A stretch of DNA of 64,000 nt. Origin: Selaginella moellendorffii. Lineage: Eukaryota; Plantae; Lycopodiophyta. Made by a program: the position numbers and the translations under genes. Location: the NCBI RefSeq assembly GCF_000143415.4, contig NW_003314318.1, positions 868,001 through 932,000 on the forward strand, written 5' to 3'. Under the pieces are notes generated by a model that saw nothing but the letters and a program-made list of their open reading frames with translations, was not told the DNA's origin and searched no databases. Position 1 is the first letter of the stretch. Every line of letters starts with the position of its first letter. Below, one piece after another: positions 1 through 14,626 of the stretch.

Positions 1-53
1 ACTTACAAACTGTCTCACAGATCTGAATTTCCTTTTGAGCCTATCACCAGTAT

Positions 54-976
54 TCATTGCCCCAAGGAATGTCGCTGCAGTTTCATCAGCTCTGCCACAT
101 TCGCTGCATCAACTATGATGAAGCCCATGACCTTGTCCAGGGAATGCTGCTTCCAAAAGTGACGAGGATGATGCATCGGCTTCAACTGAGGAGGCATAAC
201 CAAAAGCCGGAGCTGAATATTGGACAGCATCTTGTACTCGTCAGAGATAGTCCTCCGGAAAGCCGGGAGCATCAACATCTGAGTGAGACAGAGGGCGTTT
301 CGGAAACTTGTCCTGCATGGTCAGGATTTCACCGTCTGCAGATCTATACCTAATTGCCCGTATCGAGTCTGCTGCAGCATCGTTATTTCCCGATACAAGC
401 GTCGTGCAAACCTGCTTGTCATGTTCCAGATCGCAGAGAAATCTGCATTCGGTGGACACGAGCACGTCCATTATACCAGCGAGCTTTGCGATTTGCCGGA
501 ACTCGACAGGGCGGTCATCAAGTTCTAGTAGCGGTCTTATAAGAGGCATTCTGTCCATCACCCCGTCGTACTTCATGCTTCGGAATGACAAAGCATAAAA
601 GTTCTGCAGGCAGAATCCCTGAGCCGATGCGCAAGGCACCCGGTGACATAGTTCCAGCCACTTCGAAGGCAGGTGCAGCCATTATCCTCGTGCTGATCCT
701 CGAAGTAGTTTCTAGCTGCGACGACGCAATATTCGTGGCCCTTTCTTCCCACTCCGCCCTCAACAAGGACGATACAAGCGTCCTTCCTTTCCACGCCGAC
801 TCAAGGCCCAGTCGAGCAATCTTGCCATAGAAACTCATCTTACTTGCACTCCACTGACTTGCCTGGCGGTCGGCAAAGGCGGAGGAGTGTAGGCTGGAAC
901 AGCCACGGCGCCTGCCTGATCGTCTGCTGGAATGGAGATCGGACTTGCATACACTGGCGCCATCCTGAAAATCCAA
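54..976 (-). pseudogene. Unidentified, probably frameshifted or spliced coding region
   Basis: Three overlapping minus-strand ORFs (518-976, 241-639, 54-278) in GC-rich, codon-like sequence join only through frame changes. No recognisable family. Confidence 0.25.
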
Positions 977-2142
977 ACGATACGTTTAGAACTTTAGTAA
1001 AATCTAAGCTCTAAGATGGTAGCACAAAGGAAATCGAAATGGTAGAGCAAAACGTAGAACAAGCAAGGGAAATCCGTGTGCCCAGGGCAAGAAACGCTAG
1101 AAATGGAAGATCTACAAGCAAATGCTGCTTCATTCCGCTAGAATGCATGCTCTAGACCTCGAAATCCATGCCAATCGACCCTGGCAGCGTATTTCCATGC
1201 CAAGAAAACCTGGAGAATGCTCACATACCTCGCCCTGATCGCGCCGCGCGCCTGCCTTCACTGCCTGGATTCAGCTTTTCTCTGGTTCTACACGCCTTCA
1301 TGCCATACTTTTTATCATACGTACATTTTATCACAGGTGTGTCTCAAACTTTAATAACGCTTCCTTAACTTGAGCCTCCTCTATAAATATAATTTCTATG
1401 GTTCGTGACCTAAGATTCGAGCTCTAGACTAGGTTCTAAGCAAGCCCTTTGTCAAGCCCCTCCATTTTGACCATTCTGATGTTACTTTCGAGCGACTATA
1501 TACCTGCTGACAAAAAATAAAAAATAAAAAATGGTTGTTTTAGTGTATCATTTTTTTTTGTTTAACAATTGTAAATATGGATAGTTTAGTTTATCGTGTT
1601 AAAAGCCTCCGGACATAATAGATTAAGTTATCCATCTCTCATGTTACTTGGATTTGTGTGTGTGCTTAGTGAAAATAATTGTGTTGCAGCGTCAATGCTC
1701 TACTAGAGCAAGCAGATTATCCTGGCAAGAAACAATGTGTGGTCACACAAAAGCATAGCAATGTTGTGTGACTTATACATCTGATACTACTCTAGAAGTG
1801 CTAGGAAAATTCATCTACTCGAGGTAAGATTTTGGTTTTGAATTATTTGGATGTGCAGGAACAAGCCCGTGATTAAAAAGCTCGTCAGACGCTTTTACCA
1901 GTGGGATGAAAATCTGGCGAGGGAGCTTGGTTTTATTACCGGATTTGATCCCGAGCTCTACATTGCCAAAGCACACAAAACCTTATAGCTCAATGCATAT
2001 GAGAAGGTCTAGGAGCTATTTCTTTTGCATTATAGAAGTTTGAACTTAATTCTACAAGCAAGCAAGAATGTGAAGGAACTGCCATCCATGTCTCTCATGG
2101 CAACGGTAGCGCACGAGCTATTAGTCCTCTCTTGGTTTCAAA

Positions 2143-2238
2143 ATGCGCCTCGTATACTGTTTGCCAATTTCAGGGGTTTCATGTTCCATGCAATGCGCTT
2201 GTATACTGCTCGCCATTTCAGGGGTTTCATGTTCCATG
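2143..2238. repeat. ~48-bp tandem duplication
   Basis: Two imperfect adjacent copies of aatgcgc..gtatactg..gcca.tttcaggggtttcatgttccatg. Confidence 0.7.
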
Positions 2239-4079
2239 GCCCGACGGTCCCCATACATCTGACTTGATGGAAAATCTGATCAACGTACTCCACCAATTGT
2301 GGCAAGAAACAATCCAAACAATATAAGTTTGTTTTTTCTCATGCTCAGTTTAGTGTCATGGAATGGTTTCAAGATGAAGGATCTGCTATAGAACAAGAGT
2401 TTTTCATTCAGAGTGCAAGCTTCTGGTGGAGGGGTTTGAGATCAACCCATTTGAAGCATCCAAGTTTCCGTGCCATCTGTGCTTAACGCTCAAGCAACCC
2501 AACTTCAAACTACTTGTGACCAAGGAAAAGAGAGAGAGTTTGGCATCTATATAGCAGGTACAGTGGTCCAAGGGTGGGAACATTTTGAGCCTATACCTTA
2601 TGGTATGTATGAGGCAATTACTCATTTATAGGACCCTTTAGCTGGTGCATTGGGAAGAACTAAAAGCTGTATTAGGTGTTACAGCAAGTTTGACCACAAA
2701 TTTATGAGGATTGGCATGATGTTTTCCTTGGAAGATTTGTGAAGTTTGTTTTCCTCAGAAGAATTGGAAGGTTCATGAAGCTTTTCTTTTGTCTCAATTT
2801 TTCTTTTTCCTTTTCTTTCCATAATAAACCTCTATGAACAAAATGAAATTGCAATTGAAAGGAATTTCCAAATGATTTAAAAATATCTACAACAATAAAA
2901 TGATAAGGGGCAAAGGCTCACAGTTGTTGGATCAGGCAGGCCTGGTAGTCATGCTCATTGGCTGGAGCAAGACGGGAATTTGACACATGTTTAGAGCACA
3001 AGAGGCATTCACTTCCTCCCATTTGTGTTCCTAAGTGTTGGCACGACCACAATTGAACTATTGTACTTAGCAGCTCAATGTAATGCCTAGATAAGATGAT
3101 CACATCATCTGCAATCCAAAGCTCCCTCAATTTAAGGCAATTCAAGCTGCATGCTCGGGCTCTTGCAAAAGCTCCAAAGAAGAGGGAGTAAATCCTCTCC
3201 TGAAGGGTGGGTCGTTACCCTTCTACAACAGGGTAGAGAGTTCTAAAGTAGGAGCCAAGCAATCACAAATGAAGAGGCACATCTGGGCAATTAATCAGGT
3301 GTATCTGGTTTGTCAATACCCAAAACTTTGAAAAAAAAATTCTCTCTCTTGGATAGAGTAACCTCTTTGTGTGTTTAGATTTTGGCAACAGTGATTTTAA
3401 GTATTTGGTACATTCTAAATCCTCTTAACATTCAATGGCCAACTTACTAAGAATGTTTCAACCTTCTTACATAACTTTTTTAAAAGTTCTTGGAGGCATT
3501 GCTTGTGTGTTCTATTGCCAAAGAGCCTTACAAATTTCCCAGTGACACTTTTTGCTGCTACTCTATGGAATAGACCAATAAATCCACTCTAGTGACTCCA
3601 TCACTACTAGGAACCCATAGAGACCAAGTATGATGATAGATCAGTTCTTCCTTCACATGAAACTTTATGCTCCTACTACTCCGAAGAACTGGTAATATTT
3701 CTCTAGATTCCACAATTGACTTAGCTTACAGCATAGAAGGACTAGCAAAGAAGGGCTTATTACATTAGGGTATCATCCTCTGGCATGATCAATTCAGGGT
3801 GATTGGTTACCCCTCCCTCACATGACATCTATGTGCAGTTTAAGGCAACTCCCTTTCATGGTACTTGGGCTCTTGTAAGATAACTCCATTGTGAAGCAGC
3901 TACTCCCTCCTCAATTCAGTGATTGATCACCCCTCCCTCTATTTAGGCATGTATCTACTAGTGATAATTATGATGCCCAAGTACAAAGCATAGCATTTTC
4001 AGGCCATTAGAATCAGAATTCTCCTTTTATGGATATTTTTGTGGAATTCTCCCTTTGTGGATATCTTATTTTCTTCTCT

Positions 4080-5729
4080 TTTAAACAAACAGCTAGGATT
4101 TTTAACAGATGATTTAGAATGACTATTTTTATTTATCTGTATTGTTCACCAAAAGAACCAAGTATATTATGGGTATTTGATATGTTTGAGGATTATGCTA
4201 GAAATCAAATATACTCTTTTCATATTTCTTTACTCTATATTAAATCAAATTTCCAACTATACAGTAAATTTAATTATGATTTCGTAATATATAAGTTTAT
4301 TCAGCTGGTTGATGGGTAACAACTATTGACAAGTTCATTAAACTTTATCATTATGTGTTACAATTTAAATCCAAATCACAATTTAAGAGGGCTAGCAATT
4401 GAAATTCTAGTGATACCCATGAGGAGTATTTTAAGCCAATCTTCAATCAGTTTGTTGCAATTCAAGATAATGAGAAGTTGAAAGTAATTATAGCATGCTA
4501 AGCATCTCATATATAGAATATACTAATGCACTTGAGAATATCTCTTGAATATATCTTTGCATGAATTTCCTCATCCCATATCTCTTGTGTTATACACACA
4601 CACATCCCCATGAGGGATAATCAATCCATCAAGAAGGCAGTTACATGCTCAAATACTCAAATTTGAGTATTAAGAGCCTATATGAGTATCAGGATTTAGG
4701 ATCTTGTGAGTGCTATACTTTTTGAAACTATAATGTCCCAATTCCATGTAGTATGGAGAATGATGTATGCACAAAAGGATATCCAAAAAATTAAACAAAG
4801 AAACAACATTGAGTATTGATGGTTATTGACGACTAGATAATAGTTGTATATATATTAAAAAGAATCACATTATTGATAACTGTTGGATTGTACCATATAA
4901 AACATATCTTTGTAAAAAATATAAAGCTTATATATATGCAGCTATTAAAAGTATTAAATATTTATTTCAATATGTTTATAAAGGATATGATTGTGCAACT
5001 TTACAAATACAAACTACTACTTAGCAGCATGACGCCACACTTGATTGGGATGAATCTCAACTTTTTTGAATACTCAATATACATTTGAGCCTCTAAAGCT
5101 ATTTAGTGGTTGTTTAAATTCAAAATGCATGATCATGTACAAGCTATAATATGCAAATCTAGTTATCTATCAAAAATTTAAAATGTTTATTTTACAGAAG
5201 GAACTTAGATAAATGCTCTAAATCATGCAACATATAATGAAACAATATTAACAAAATGGTTTGAACCTGATTTAAATGCTAAGCAATACATCTACAAATT
5301 TGTTTATATTATGTGTTTAATAAACAGACAAACGGCAACCTTGGAAGAGAAACTTCTCTTGGATGTATTTAGTATCCCCTTTTTAAGACTGAATACTATC
5401 ATTTAGGACTTATTTTATTACATGAAAAAAAGTATAACATCATTTGAATTTTTAAGAACTATTGATAATATTTTATATCACACATTTCAGAAAATTACAG
5501 TTAAAATGAGACTTCTTGATAATGATAGAGTGAATGAAAAATGCATATATAAAGCATGTTCATTTCAAATGCTACAACAATTAAGATAATTTTTAGTAGT
5601 TTCTATGTATTTATTGCAATCTTAGTTTATGGGAAGAATTTTGAGATTATAAATTATAAGACTTTACAATAACTCATCCTATTGATTATTTTAATTTATA
5701 TTTACAAGATATAAATAATAAACTTAATA
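4080..5729 (+). mobile_element. Degenerate Helitron RepHel, Rep part (left fragment)
   Basis: 4863-5000 translates NHIIDNCWIVPYKTYLCKKYKAYIYAAIKSIKYLFQYVYKGYDCAT, matching Helitron Rep IDNRWVVPYN...SIKYLFKYVYKG. Also TSFEFLRTIDNILYHTF (~5440) and LYCSPKEPSILW (~4140). Many stops and frameshifts; boundaries approximate. Confidence 0.75.
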
Positions 5730-7374
5730 TATGAGGTCCAAGTGTACAATTACAATGCCATATACTAATATTAGCATAGTGGGATTTTGGTAGCAATCAG
5801 ATTGACTTCAATCTAAACCATTCACTATTGTATATAAGTTATGGTTTTTGGGTTAATTGATATACACTTTTCCTATATTATCTTTCTATATCCCATACAC
5901 TCACATTGGTAGAGATGAGGAACAACTTTGATTGTTCCTAAGGAGTGCTTGGATTTGGAATTTTTGTTTAGATATAACTTTCACATTGTTTAAATCTCCT
6001 TTTTTTCTAATTTTTTTTCCATTTTTTTTCTTTTACTCTTTCCTTTTTATTCATCTTTATAGTAGAGTAATGTCTCTTCCTCCTTTAACTCTAGAGCAAC
6101 AGTTGGTGCAATTGCTTGATGTTATGTGATTATAGTTGAACAACCAAACTTAATTGATGGTGGCATTCACAACACATAATACAACTCCTTTTGCTTTTGT
6201 TGCGAATCCTCATGTTCAGCTAGAGTTCTTCTATGGAAATACGAGATGATGTGTATTATTGGTTTGATCACTTCATAGTGATTATTACATATCATTCTTG
6301 GGATGATATTTAATGTTTGCATGAGTTTTCTACGTGTCTCCAAAAGATGGTGCTGTAGTGGTACAATAGTTTGAGTGCATCCACTCATAAGTATTGGAGT
6401 ATTCTCCTAAACATCTTTAAATGCGCATTTAGATATGCTAACAATTGTGATGATGCCTTCCAACAATTGCATCGTCTTTGTCAAGGGCCATCTGAGTCAG
6501 TGATGCAATTTGGCATTCGTTTCTGAAGTCTCTTGCTTTGTGCGAAGCCAAATATCTCAGAGCGGATCAAGCTGGGAATGTTGTGGCTAACACTTTGTCA
6601 AGATCTTGTAAAACTTCTGCATGCACTTACTCTAGCCACCTTTGATGCCCTTCACCTAGCACAACATTATAATACATTGCCTTTTCCACTTTTTGATACA
6701 TGTCCTTCAGTTCCACTTCCTGTGGGAGATAGTCCTATCTGTAAGCCACAAATTTTTGCTTTCCAATTTGCCAGCTTACCTCGTCTACCCGTCCAACATT
6801 GCCTTGGCTTTTGCTAAATTCCCTCGCCAAGGTTCCCGCCTATGGTACCAACTCCTACTTGGTTTCAGCTACTCACTGCATGAGCAACAGAGTGTTACCC
6901 ATCCATCCACGGATTCCCAAATCTTTCCCAATAAGCTCTATTTCGTTAAAGTGGGAATTGTCATTATCCCACTTGTAAAATAAGGTTTCCAAACCTTTAT
7001 ATAGTATATAAATATAATAAAATTCAACTGCATTGAGGCACATGCCATTTTATTTTAAACAAGGAAATGTCTACTCAATCACTTCTCCTCCCCCTGCCAC
7101 TGCTTCACCTCTCTCTTCTCCTTGTCATCGTCATCCAATTTCTTTCCATCCTTTTAATATTGGCTTAGTTGCTCCGAGTCTAGGTGGAGCCCAAGTCCCC
7201 ATTCAATCTTTACTTTCCCCTTATTAATAAAACAACTTCGTAGACTTCCAATAACATGCTGTAACACTTCTAGTATAATGCAAATCCTCTCAAAGAATTG
7301 TCTTTTAATATTAATACAATGGCATGGAACCCCATGCCATAATAAGTTACATTTTTAAATAAATACATGCCATC

Positions 7375-10300
7375 TCAGACTGTTATTTTTTGCCTCCAAC
7401 GCCTATACAATAATCTTGGAATTTCATCACTCTCCACACTATCAGGATTTAAACCCAATAGTAATGCCATCTCTTCTCTAATACGTCCACGCTCATGTTC
7501 AGTGGTCGAAGAACCCATCCGGTTGAGCAGATTATGGAGATGCGGATAGTGCTTGGCTAGACAATATACATGCCATAAATGATGACTGGTGTCTGTCCGA
7601 TCAAATGGCTTCTGATATACCGTTCCATCTGCCATTTGGTTGATTTCTGCAGCCACCTCCTGGACTGGCCGGTTCTCTATCACCATCGCTTCAAACCGTT
7701 TTGCAAGGTCCCCCAGAACATACGGTTTCTTCTCCCTAGTTTCCATACTGCAAGAGATGGGGTGCACTGCATATGTGTGCGTGTTTGCTGCAGTTTTAAT
7801 CGGCGAGTCATCGATGATGAGGATTTCACTTGACCTAGCAGTCCGGTTCATCACTACAGCCTCTGGCTTGACGAAGATGGGCTTGCTACCCCTCACATGG
7901 ACCATAGTCAAGCAATCCTCCTGCGTTAGGAGAAAGTCAAATGGTAATATTACTCGCGTCTGATCGTGCATCATCTGTAGCAACGTTAATGCATTGTGGC
8001 GCATCATGGATGTCCAAACTCCCAATTGCAAATTGAACCCGGCCCTCTGTTTTAAGTGTCGCATGGTTATTATTAGATCCCGCAGTTTCTCCCGTGTGAT
8101 TAATGTGAATCTATCTCTTTTGACCAACTTGCGACCGCAGGCTTTGGAGGGTGCAGTGACATTCGAGGACGAGCCACGCTCATGGGAGAAAAGGACATCG
8201 TTCAGATCAAAAACGATACAGTACTTTCGCCGTGACTCTGAAATGAAATGCGTCAGCATAAAAAATGGTACAAGTCAATTTTACCATCTACAATATTAGC
8301 GAATGGTGCTCCCGATGGTCGTTCAGAGGGTTTTGGTCGAGGAAACGTGAAGGGCGGAAATACTCTCCTCTGCAATGTGGGGTCAATCGCATCCGATGGC
8401 GTGTGGGCACATGCCATTTCAGCTGTAGACTCTGGTACAACTGGCTCAACAGTGGCATGGGGTGGTTCCGATGGCGTGTGATCACACGCCATTTCAGCTG
8501 GTGCCTCTGTTGGCAAAGTGGACATGACCGAACAGGCAGCAGGGGCGGTGTAGGGAGGTTCCAACGGCGCGTAGTCAGACGATTGGGCACACGTTGAGTC
8601 CGTTGGAAATGAGGATACGACCGGCTCGGCGGCTGGGGCGGCCTTATGCGGGTCCAATGGCGCCTGGTCACCGTCAGTTGGATACGTGGACAAGATTGAC
8701 TCAGTGGTATGGGCAGCATCAAGTGGAGCGTGGTCAGCTTGCTTGGCGTTGATATGGATAGTAGCCTCCACTAGCTCTAATGACTCTTGCAGGCAAGTAG
8801 AGTCCACTGGCGGATCCATATGCATGTCCAAATATCTCCCTTCGATTGAGATGGTATCCTCCCTACTGGCTACTAAAAACAAACTCATTAGCACATTGAA
8901 TCGACTATACTATATTTACCATCAACTGCTATTGGGCGCACTGCTGATTCTGAAGGATTGGACATACGTTTCGACCCTTGCTTGGCACTATCCTTCCTCG
9001 ACACTAAAGGCTAGAGTTTGTATCTTAATTCAACTGAATAATCTCTACTTACCATTTCTTCTGCGACCTACATGGACAATGTTAGAAATGGTAAAAGGTT
9101 AGGAATGGATGTACTATTATTTACCTGATGGTTTGTCTTGTATGACCTTCCTCCGCTGCTCTTTGGCCACCTCAGGCTGGCCATCGTCGTCATCATCGTC
9201 ATCGTCGTTATTGTGATCATCACCATTGTGAGGACCATCCAAGTCCTCTTCGTCCTCCTCTTCTTCATCCTCCTCTTCTTTGTCCTCCTCTTCGTCCTTC
9301 TGCTCTTCCTACTCATTATCTTTCTCTGGCTCCTCATCCCCCTCCTGCATTTCTTCCATAGGCTGCTCAGGATGGCTTGTTTTTCCAGGACCATCTTGGG
9401 AAAATCATCTGGCCGAGTCTCCATCTCAAAATACAAGACATCCATAGCCTGTTTCAGTGCTTGACCTAGGACCGTATCCTCACCCGACTGTCTTAACATG
9501 GTTTCTGCACGTTCTTGCACCCTTCGAAGACGACGAGATGAAAAAAACGTGGCCCTGACTTGAAAAGCATCCCTCATCCATTGTACCTCTCCATTGAGAT
9601 TGGGGAAGGGGAGTCCGCCATAGGAATCTGAGTCAGGAGGTGGTGACTGGCTCCTTTCACTCAGCCCTTGATCTGCAATGAATGGCATGAGCACACACGC
9701 CATAACCGCGAGGCATTACCTATCATCTTTTCGTTGCCCTTCTTCCTTTTCGAATCAAACGCCTCTAATCCCGACGACTGTCCAACGTGCTTTCGCTTTT
9801 TATGACCACTGTCAGTTTGAGCTTGGCTGGTGCTTGCCTATTTTGCCTTTGAAGAAGTGTCTCCTGCAAGGAATGGCATGAGACCACACGCCATTGCAAA
9901 TATAATTTGTACCTCCTTTTTTCCTATTGCTTGTCTGTTTGTCCTTCTTCGACGCGCCACCAGTGCGCTTTTCAGTCCTCGTGTCTGAATATTCACAACG
10001 ATCTATAATCAAAATGGCGTGAGGCCTCACGTGACCTTACCTTGTGCAGGTTGTGAGCTCGGCCTAACATCAGTAGCTGTTAACGCCGTTTCAGCATCTG
10101 GGGGTGGCCACGCTCCTGCATACAGAGCTTGTGAGATAACATTTAAACTTAAAGTGCGTACTCACCAGGTTCGCAGAGAAGATACTGTTTTTCTTTGGCA
10201 ACTGTAATTATATGCTCCATTGAAGTCACCTCTTCAATGGAGTTTGTCACCGCAACACACGGGACACCCTTGAGTAGTGCGGCTCGAAAGAATAGTCCGC

Positions 10301-12949
10301 CGCAGTTGTACTCGACAACGCATTTGCCCTTGGTGTCACCCGCTATTGCGTTGAAGACCCAGCTGAGCATTTCCTATGCTGCACCTAGAGCTTTCTTTGG
10401 ATTCGAAAGCTCCATAGCCGTTTTCAGTTCCTCAGGCACGGGTAAATTGACCTCCCTCAGATCAATTCGATCGGCCTTGTCGAACGAAGCTGGGAAGTCA
10501 CTCCAGTCCCACTCTGCTGCAGGACCAATAACAAGGGCGAGTGTGAAGATACGGACATTCGTCGGTATCTTCTTCTTAGCCATTATCCCATGGATCTCCC
10601 GCATCTCCTTGCCTTTCAACCGAGCCTTCACCTCGTTCAAGGCCTTCCAAAACTTGTGATAGGATTCGGAGTCGTAGATCATATAGTGGACTGAAGATTC
10701 CACCTCCGCAAGTCCCACCATTAAGTCAATGATGGAGCTGACTTCGTCTGCATGAGTGATCTCTTCGTTTGTGAAGTCCATCACACAAAAGATGCTCTTG
10801 ACCTGCTCATCTCCGCGGGAAACGATGCTCCTCCACCTTTGATCCTCATCCGAATTCACGTATACCCGGTAAGGTTCTCGATAGGCCTCTGCTGCGGGGT
10901 CGAGCTGTTTCTGAAGCCGACGGTCGACATCCCTCTTAATGAAATTTGGATACTAATCCAACTTCTCAGCTTTACTTTTCGTGGCATCCCGCAGCAGATC
11001 GATGAACTTGGGGGCCCCCTTCACGTACTCGTCGATGTCTTCATTTGACAAGTCCAGCTCTTCCATCATCTCTTGCGTGGTGTCGATGCTCACCCTCTCC
11101 ACGGCCACTTGCTCGAAGATCCAATCCTTCAATAGCGCACGAGCTCTCAGAGTCGTGCACAAGTCCTCGTATGTCACAATATGGCCAGGAGTCATTTTGG
11201 TCTTGTTGAAGACTACCTCACCACATAGAAGAGCATTAGCCACTGTCAGAAGGTCGTCGTCGTCTAGAGACCGCGAGAAACGCAAGGCGTTGAGCTTCAA
11301 ATCATTGGGCTTCCGGCCGTCCTCCACACCCATTGAGTTTAGCAACTCCCCGTCATGGTACCTCCTCAGCACATCTACCCATTTGTCAAAAACAACTTTT
11401 GTCGCGAATAGAATGTTATGGATGCTGAGTGTGTCATTGACCCCCAGTGTTTTCGAGAGAAGACTCGAGAATTCCTGCAATGGAAATGGCGTGAGGCCAC
11501 ATGCTATGCCACATGCAACGAGGCTTACCTGCCAGGCGCTAGTTGCTAGTGCACGTCCTTGTCCTGGTTTTTGTGGCTTCTTCAGTTGAACCCAGAGCTT
11601 CTGTGTTCATGCCAATGTCTCGTGCAGACCTGATTTGTAGCACGTTTCTTGCTTGACATTCTGCGCGTGGGAGATGGATATGATAGATCGGAGGGGCGAG
11701 TTGCCTTTTATCAGGCGGACAACTCTTCTCTTGAAGACTTTCTTCACCTCCTCGCCCACCATAATATCCAGAACTATTTCTTGCATCGCCAAGCTAGAAT
11801 GCTGCCCGGAGACGGCATAGAACCAGATGTTCTGATCGTCCAACACCTTCTTATTGATCAAGTTTGGAAACCTCGTCTCGCCCTTCATTGTTTGGTAGTA
11901 GGGGATCACGTCTGCGATGTCGGGTGTTACTGGACTTGCCAGCATCTTCTGCTTCAGTTTCTCCACCCACTCATCAGATACTAGCCTGTGGTTGTATTTG
12001 CTTTGGATGTCGATACGGCTCACGTCGATTGTATATACTTTGTTGGAATAGTAACAAGTACTATTATCTGCGACGATTTTTGCTGCCTCTTCTTGCTCTT
12101 TCTGCTCTTTGCAGCTCTTCTTTTTGGTGGGTGTAGTGTTCGAACCCGAGGCAATGGCATCACCGAGTAGCTTCTTTTTTGGAGCAGCAGAGTCGGACGT
12201 CGGCTTGAGCTTGACCACCCTTTTCAGCTTCAGGGTAGTTTCCAGATCGACCCCCTTCCCCTTCGCTTCGCGAACTGGAGGCACTCTCAACGGCTCAATG
12301 TTGGAATATAGTTTTTGAACATCGCCGTAGGTGAGGTCCGTGGATTCCATGTGATCTTCATAGACCCGCAGCGTCTTTGAAATTGTGGGCCTCCTGGACA
12401 ACCTCTCCCTAGCTCCCTCTAGGAATTCCTCATAGCCGCTGCCCCCCTCCGGGAAGCCGCTAGGATGTGCAAGGTGGATCTTGAAGGCGGATGCTGTCTC
12501 TACCACAAGTGCCAGTCCATATTCTTGCATGGAACTGCATGGAGTGTCTGTCACTTGGATGAGGATCCCCATGCATTCTTTTCTCCCACCATCTGTGTTG
12601 TACAGCATCAGATCCTCGCCTTCCATCCCGAAAGTCCAACTGGTGAGCTCCTCCCCCTTCTCTGCATCCACATTGACAGTGGTTGGAAGAAGAACGCAAT
12701 TCCTCGCCTGTTCAGAAATGCACAACAATTAGAGCTGACAGATGAAAAGCTAGCAGCTGGAAATAACGTGAGGCCACACGCCATTCACCACTGCATCAGA
12801 TGTCTTGAGGTTGCATCCTAAGATGGCGTGAGGCTACACGCCATCTGTAACCGGACTGCACTCGAGAGCCCAATCGGTGCATGCCAATGTTGCTACTGAA
12901 TGGCATGTGGCCTCATGCCATTTTCTACTTGGCCTAAAAGACTTACCAT
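7375..12949 (-). pseudogene. Cargo gene copy 1: ParB-like + MTase-like + FCP1/HAD multi-exon protein (disrupted)
   Basis: Same exon structure as copy 2. Premature stops at 11607, 10953, 10374 and 9838, plus a 4-bp deletion in the acidic exon. Confidence 0.8.
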
Positions 12950-13169
12950 TTGAAGCCGAATGGAGGCCGTGACAATCGAGGCCGGACTCGCTGGCGAATG
13001 TGCACTATGTGTGCAGCGGATCGTAGCAGCAAGGCTACTCTGCCACTTACAGTTGGAGAGTGGCGCTGAAATCTCCCGGGACGCCAAGTGGGCTGCGTGT
13101 GGGTGGCGGAGTGGGCGGCGGAGTTGGCGGCGAAGTTACAAACTGGGTGTGTCTTGAAGTGGACGCCAA

Positions 13170-13385
13170 TGCACACGAGCGCGATGCGAGCGCGAGTGTG
13201 ATGCAAGCGCGAGTGGACGCCGATGCACACGAGAAACCTGTAGAGAAGTGAGCGTGATCGCGAGTGGGAGCACGATGCGAGCGGGAGCGCGAGTGTGATG
13301 CGAGCGCGAGTGCGAGTGTGATGCGAGCGCGAGTGCGAGTGTGATGCGAGCGCGAGTGCGAGTGTGATGCGAGCGCGAGCGCGAG
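13170..13385. repeat. CG-rich GCGAGC/GTGTGAT tandem array in the 5' region of the cargo gene
   Basis: Units of gcgagcgcgagtgcgagtgtgat. Copy number differs between elements (longest in copy 1; equivalents ~35995-36150 and ~57540-57700). Confidence 0.85.
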
Positions 13386-14592
13386 TACGAAGCAAAATGC
13401 AAAACCTAACCTCACACGCGCGAAATGTCACAACGGTTGGTAATCCCGCCACGTCATCATTCCTCGGACTTGGGCGCCACCATTAATTTCTGGATTCCCG
13501 TGCGCATGCAAGCACGCAAAATCCAAAAGAAATCCGCAACGTCATCATTCCTCGGACTGCATGCACGCGAAATCCAAAAGAAAGATCATGATTGGGATAT
13601 CATTTAATACCCTCGCTATATTTATACCATGCATGATTGGATATTCCAAAGCATCTTGTATTTCCAAAAATGGCAGATGTTCAGGTAAATAAAGAAATTC
13701 TATCTGTTTCTATTTTTCTCTCAAATCAATATTATAGCGTGTGGGCTCATGCAATTTTGAACCAAAGAAACCCAAAAAACGTTGGACCCAAAATATTTTG
13801 AAAAAACCCAAAAAACCCTAAACATTTTAAACCCAAAAATCCAGGCGTCCTGTGGCGTTATTCCTTGAATGGCGTGTGGGCGCATGCCATTTTCAGGGCC
13901 AAATGCTGAATGGAGAAAATTCCCTTTCAGTGCAAATGCTGCAAGAGGCAGATGCCGAGCACAAAGGACTGTAACTACCTCACATGACACAGATAAACTT
14001 TTCTCTATTTGGGAAAGATAAACTTTATAGCGTGTGGGCTCATGCAATTTTGAACCCAAAAAATGCACCAAAAAATTCTCGGCGTCATCTGGCGTTATCT
14101 CTTGAATGGCGTGGGGCCGCATGCCATTTTCAAGGGCACATAGGAGTATATTCCTAGGATATTCTGACACGCGCGAGATTTTTTTGAGTTTTCTGGAGAT
14201 CCAACCGTTAGATCGCAACTAGATTTTACAAAATGGTATACAATGTCTTTCTTGATGACCCTGCAAAGAAGCATCTCGATCGGACACCACATGAGACCAC
14301 ACGAGCCTTACAATGTTTCAGGGGCATTTGCCATAGATCCGACCGTTATTTTGCTCCAAGATTTTACAGTTTGGTGTGCATTGACCTTTCCATCGACACT
14401 ACAAAGGGACATCACAATCAGATGCGGGATCACAAGAAACTAACTTCACTAACTCTGGTTTCACCAAGATCTACATAAAGAGTTATGAAATGAAAGGACC
14501 CTCTCTATTGAAATGTGTTTATGGTCCTAGTGACATATCAAAGGATTTTGCATCAAGTTCTGTATTTGCATGTTTATCAAGCTACTGAATTG

Positions 14593-14626
14593 CTAAACCC
14601 TAAACCCTAAACCCTAAACCCTAAAC
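14593..14626. repeat. Interstitial plant telomere repeat (CCCTAAA)n / telo-boxes inside the transposon
   Basis: 4 units in copy 1, 2 in copy 2 (37359-37378), 3 in copy 3 (58907-58933). Confidence 0.85.

Noticed and set aside
1690-3950. Possible gene or TE remnants
   Set aside because: Only short ORFs and no motif I could assign.
10195-12821. Plus-strand ORFs overlapping the cargo gene (also antisense ORFs over the transposase, pol and germin)
   Set aside because: Antisense shadows of real coding sequence with no motifs of their own.
12943-13452. His/Arg/Ala-rich ORFs
   Set aside because: Translations of the GCGAGC array; length and frame differ among copies.
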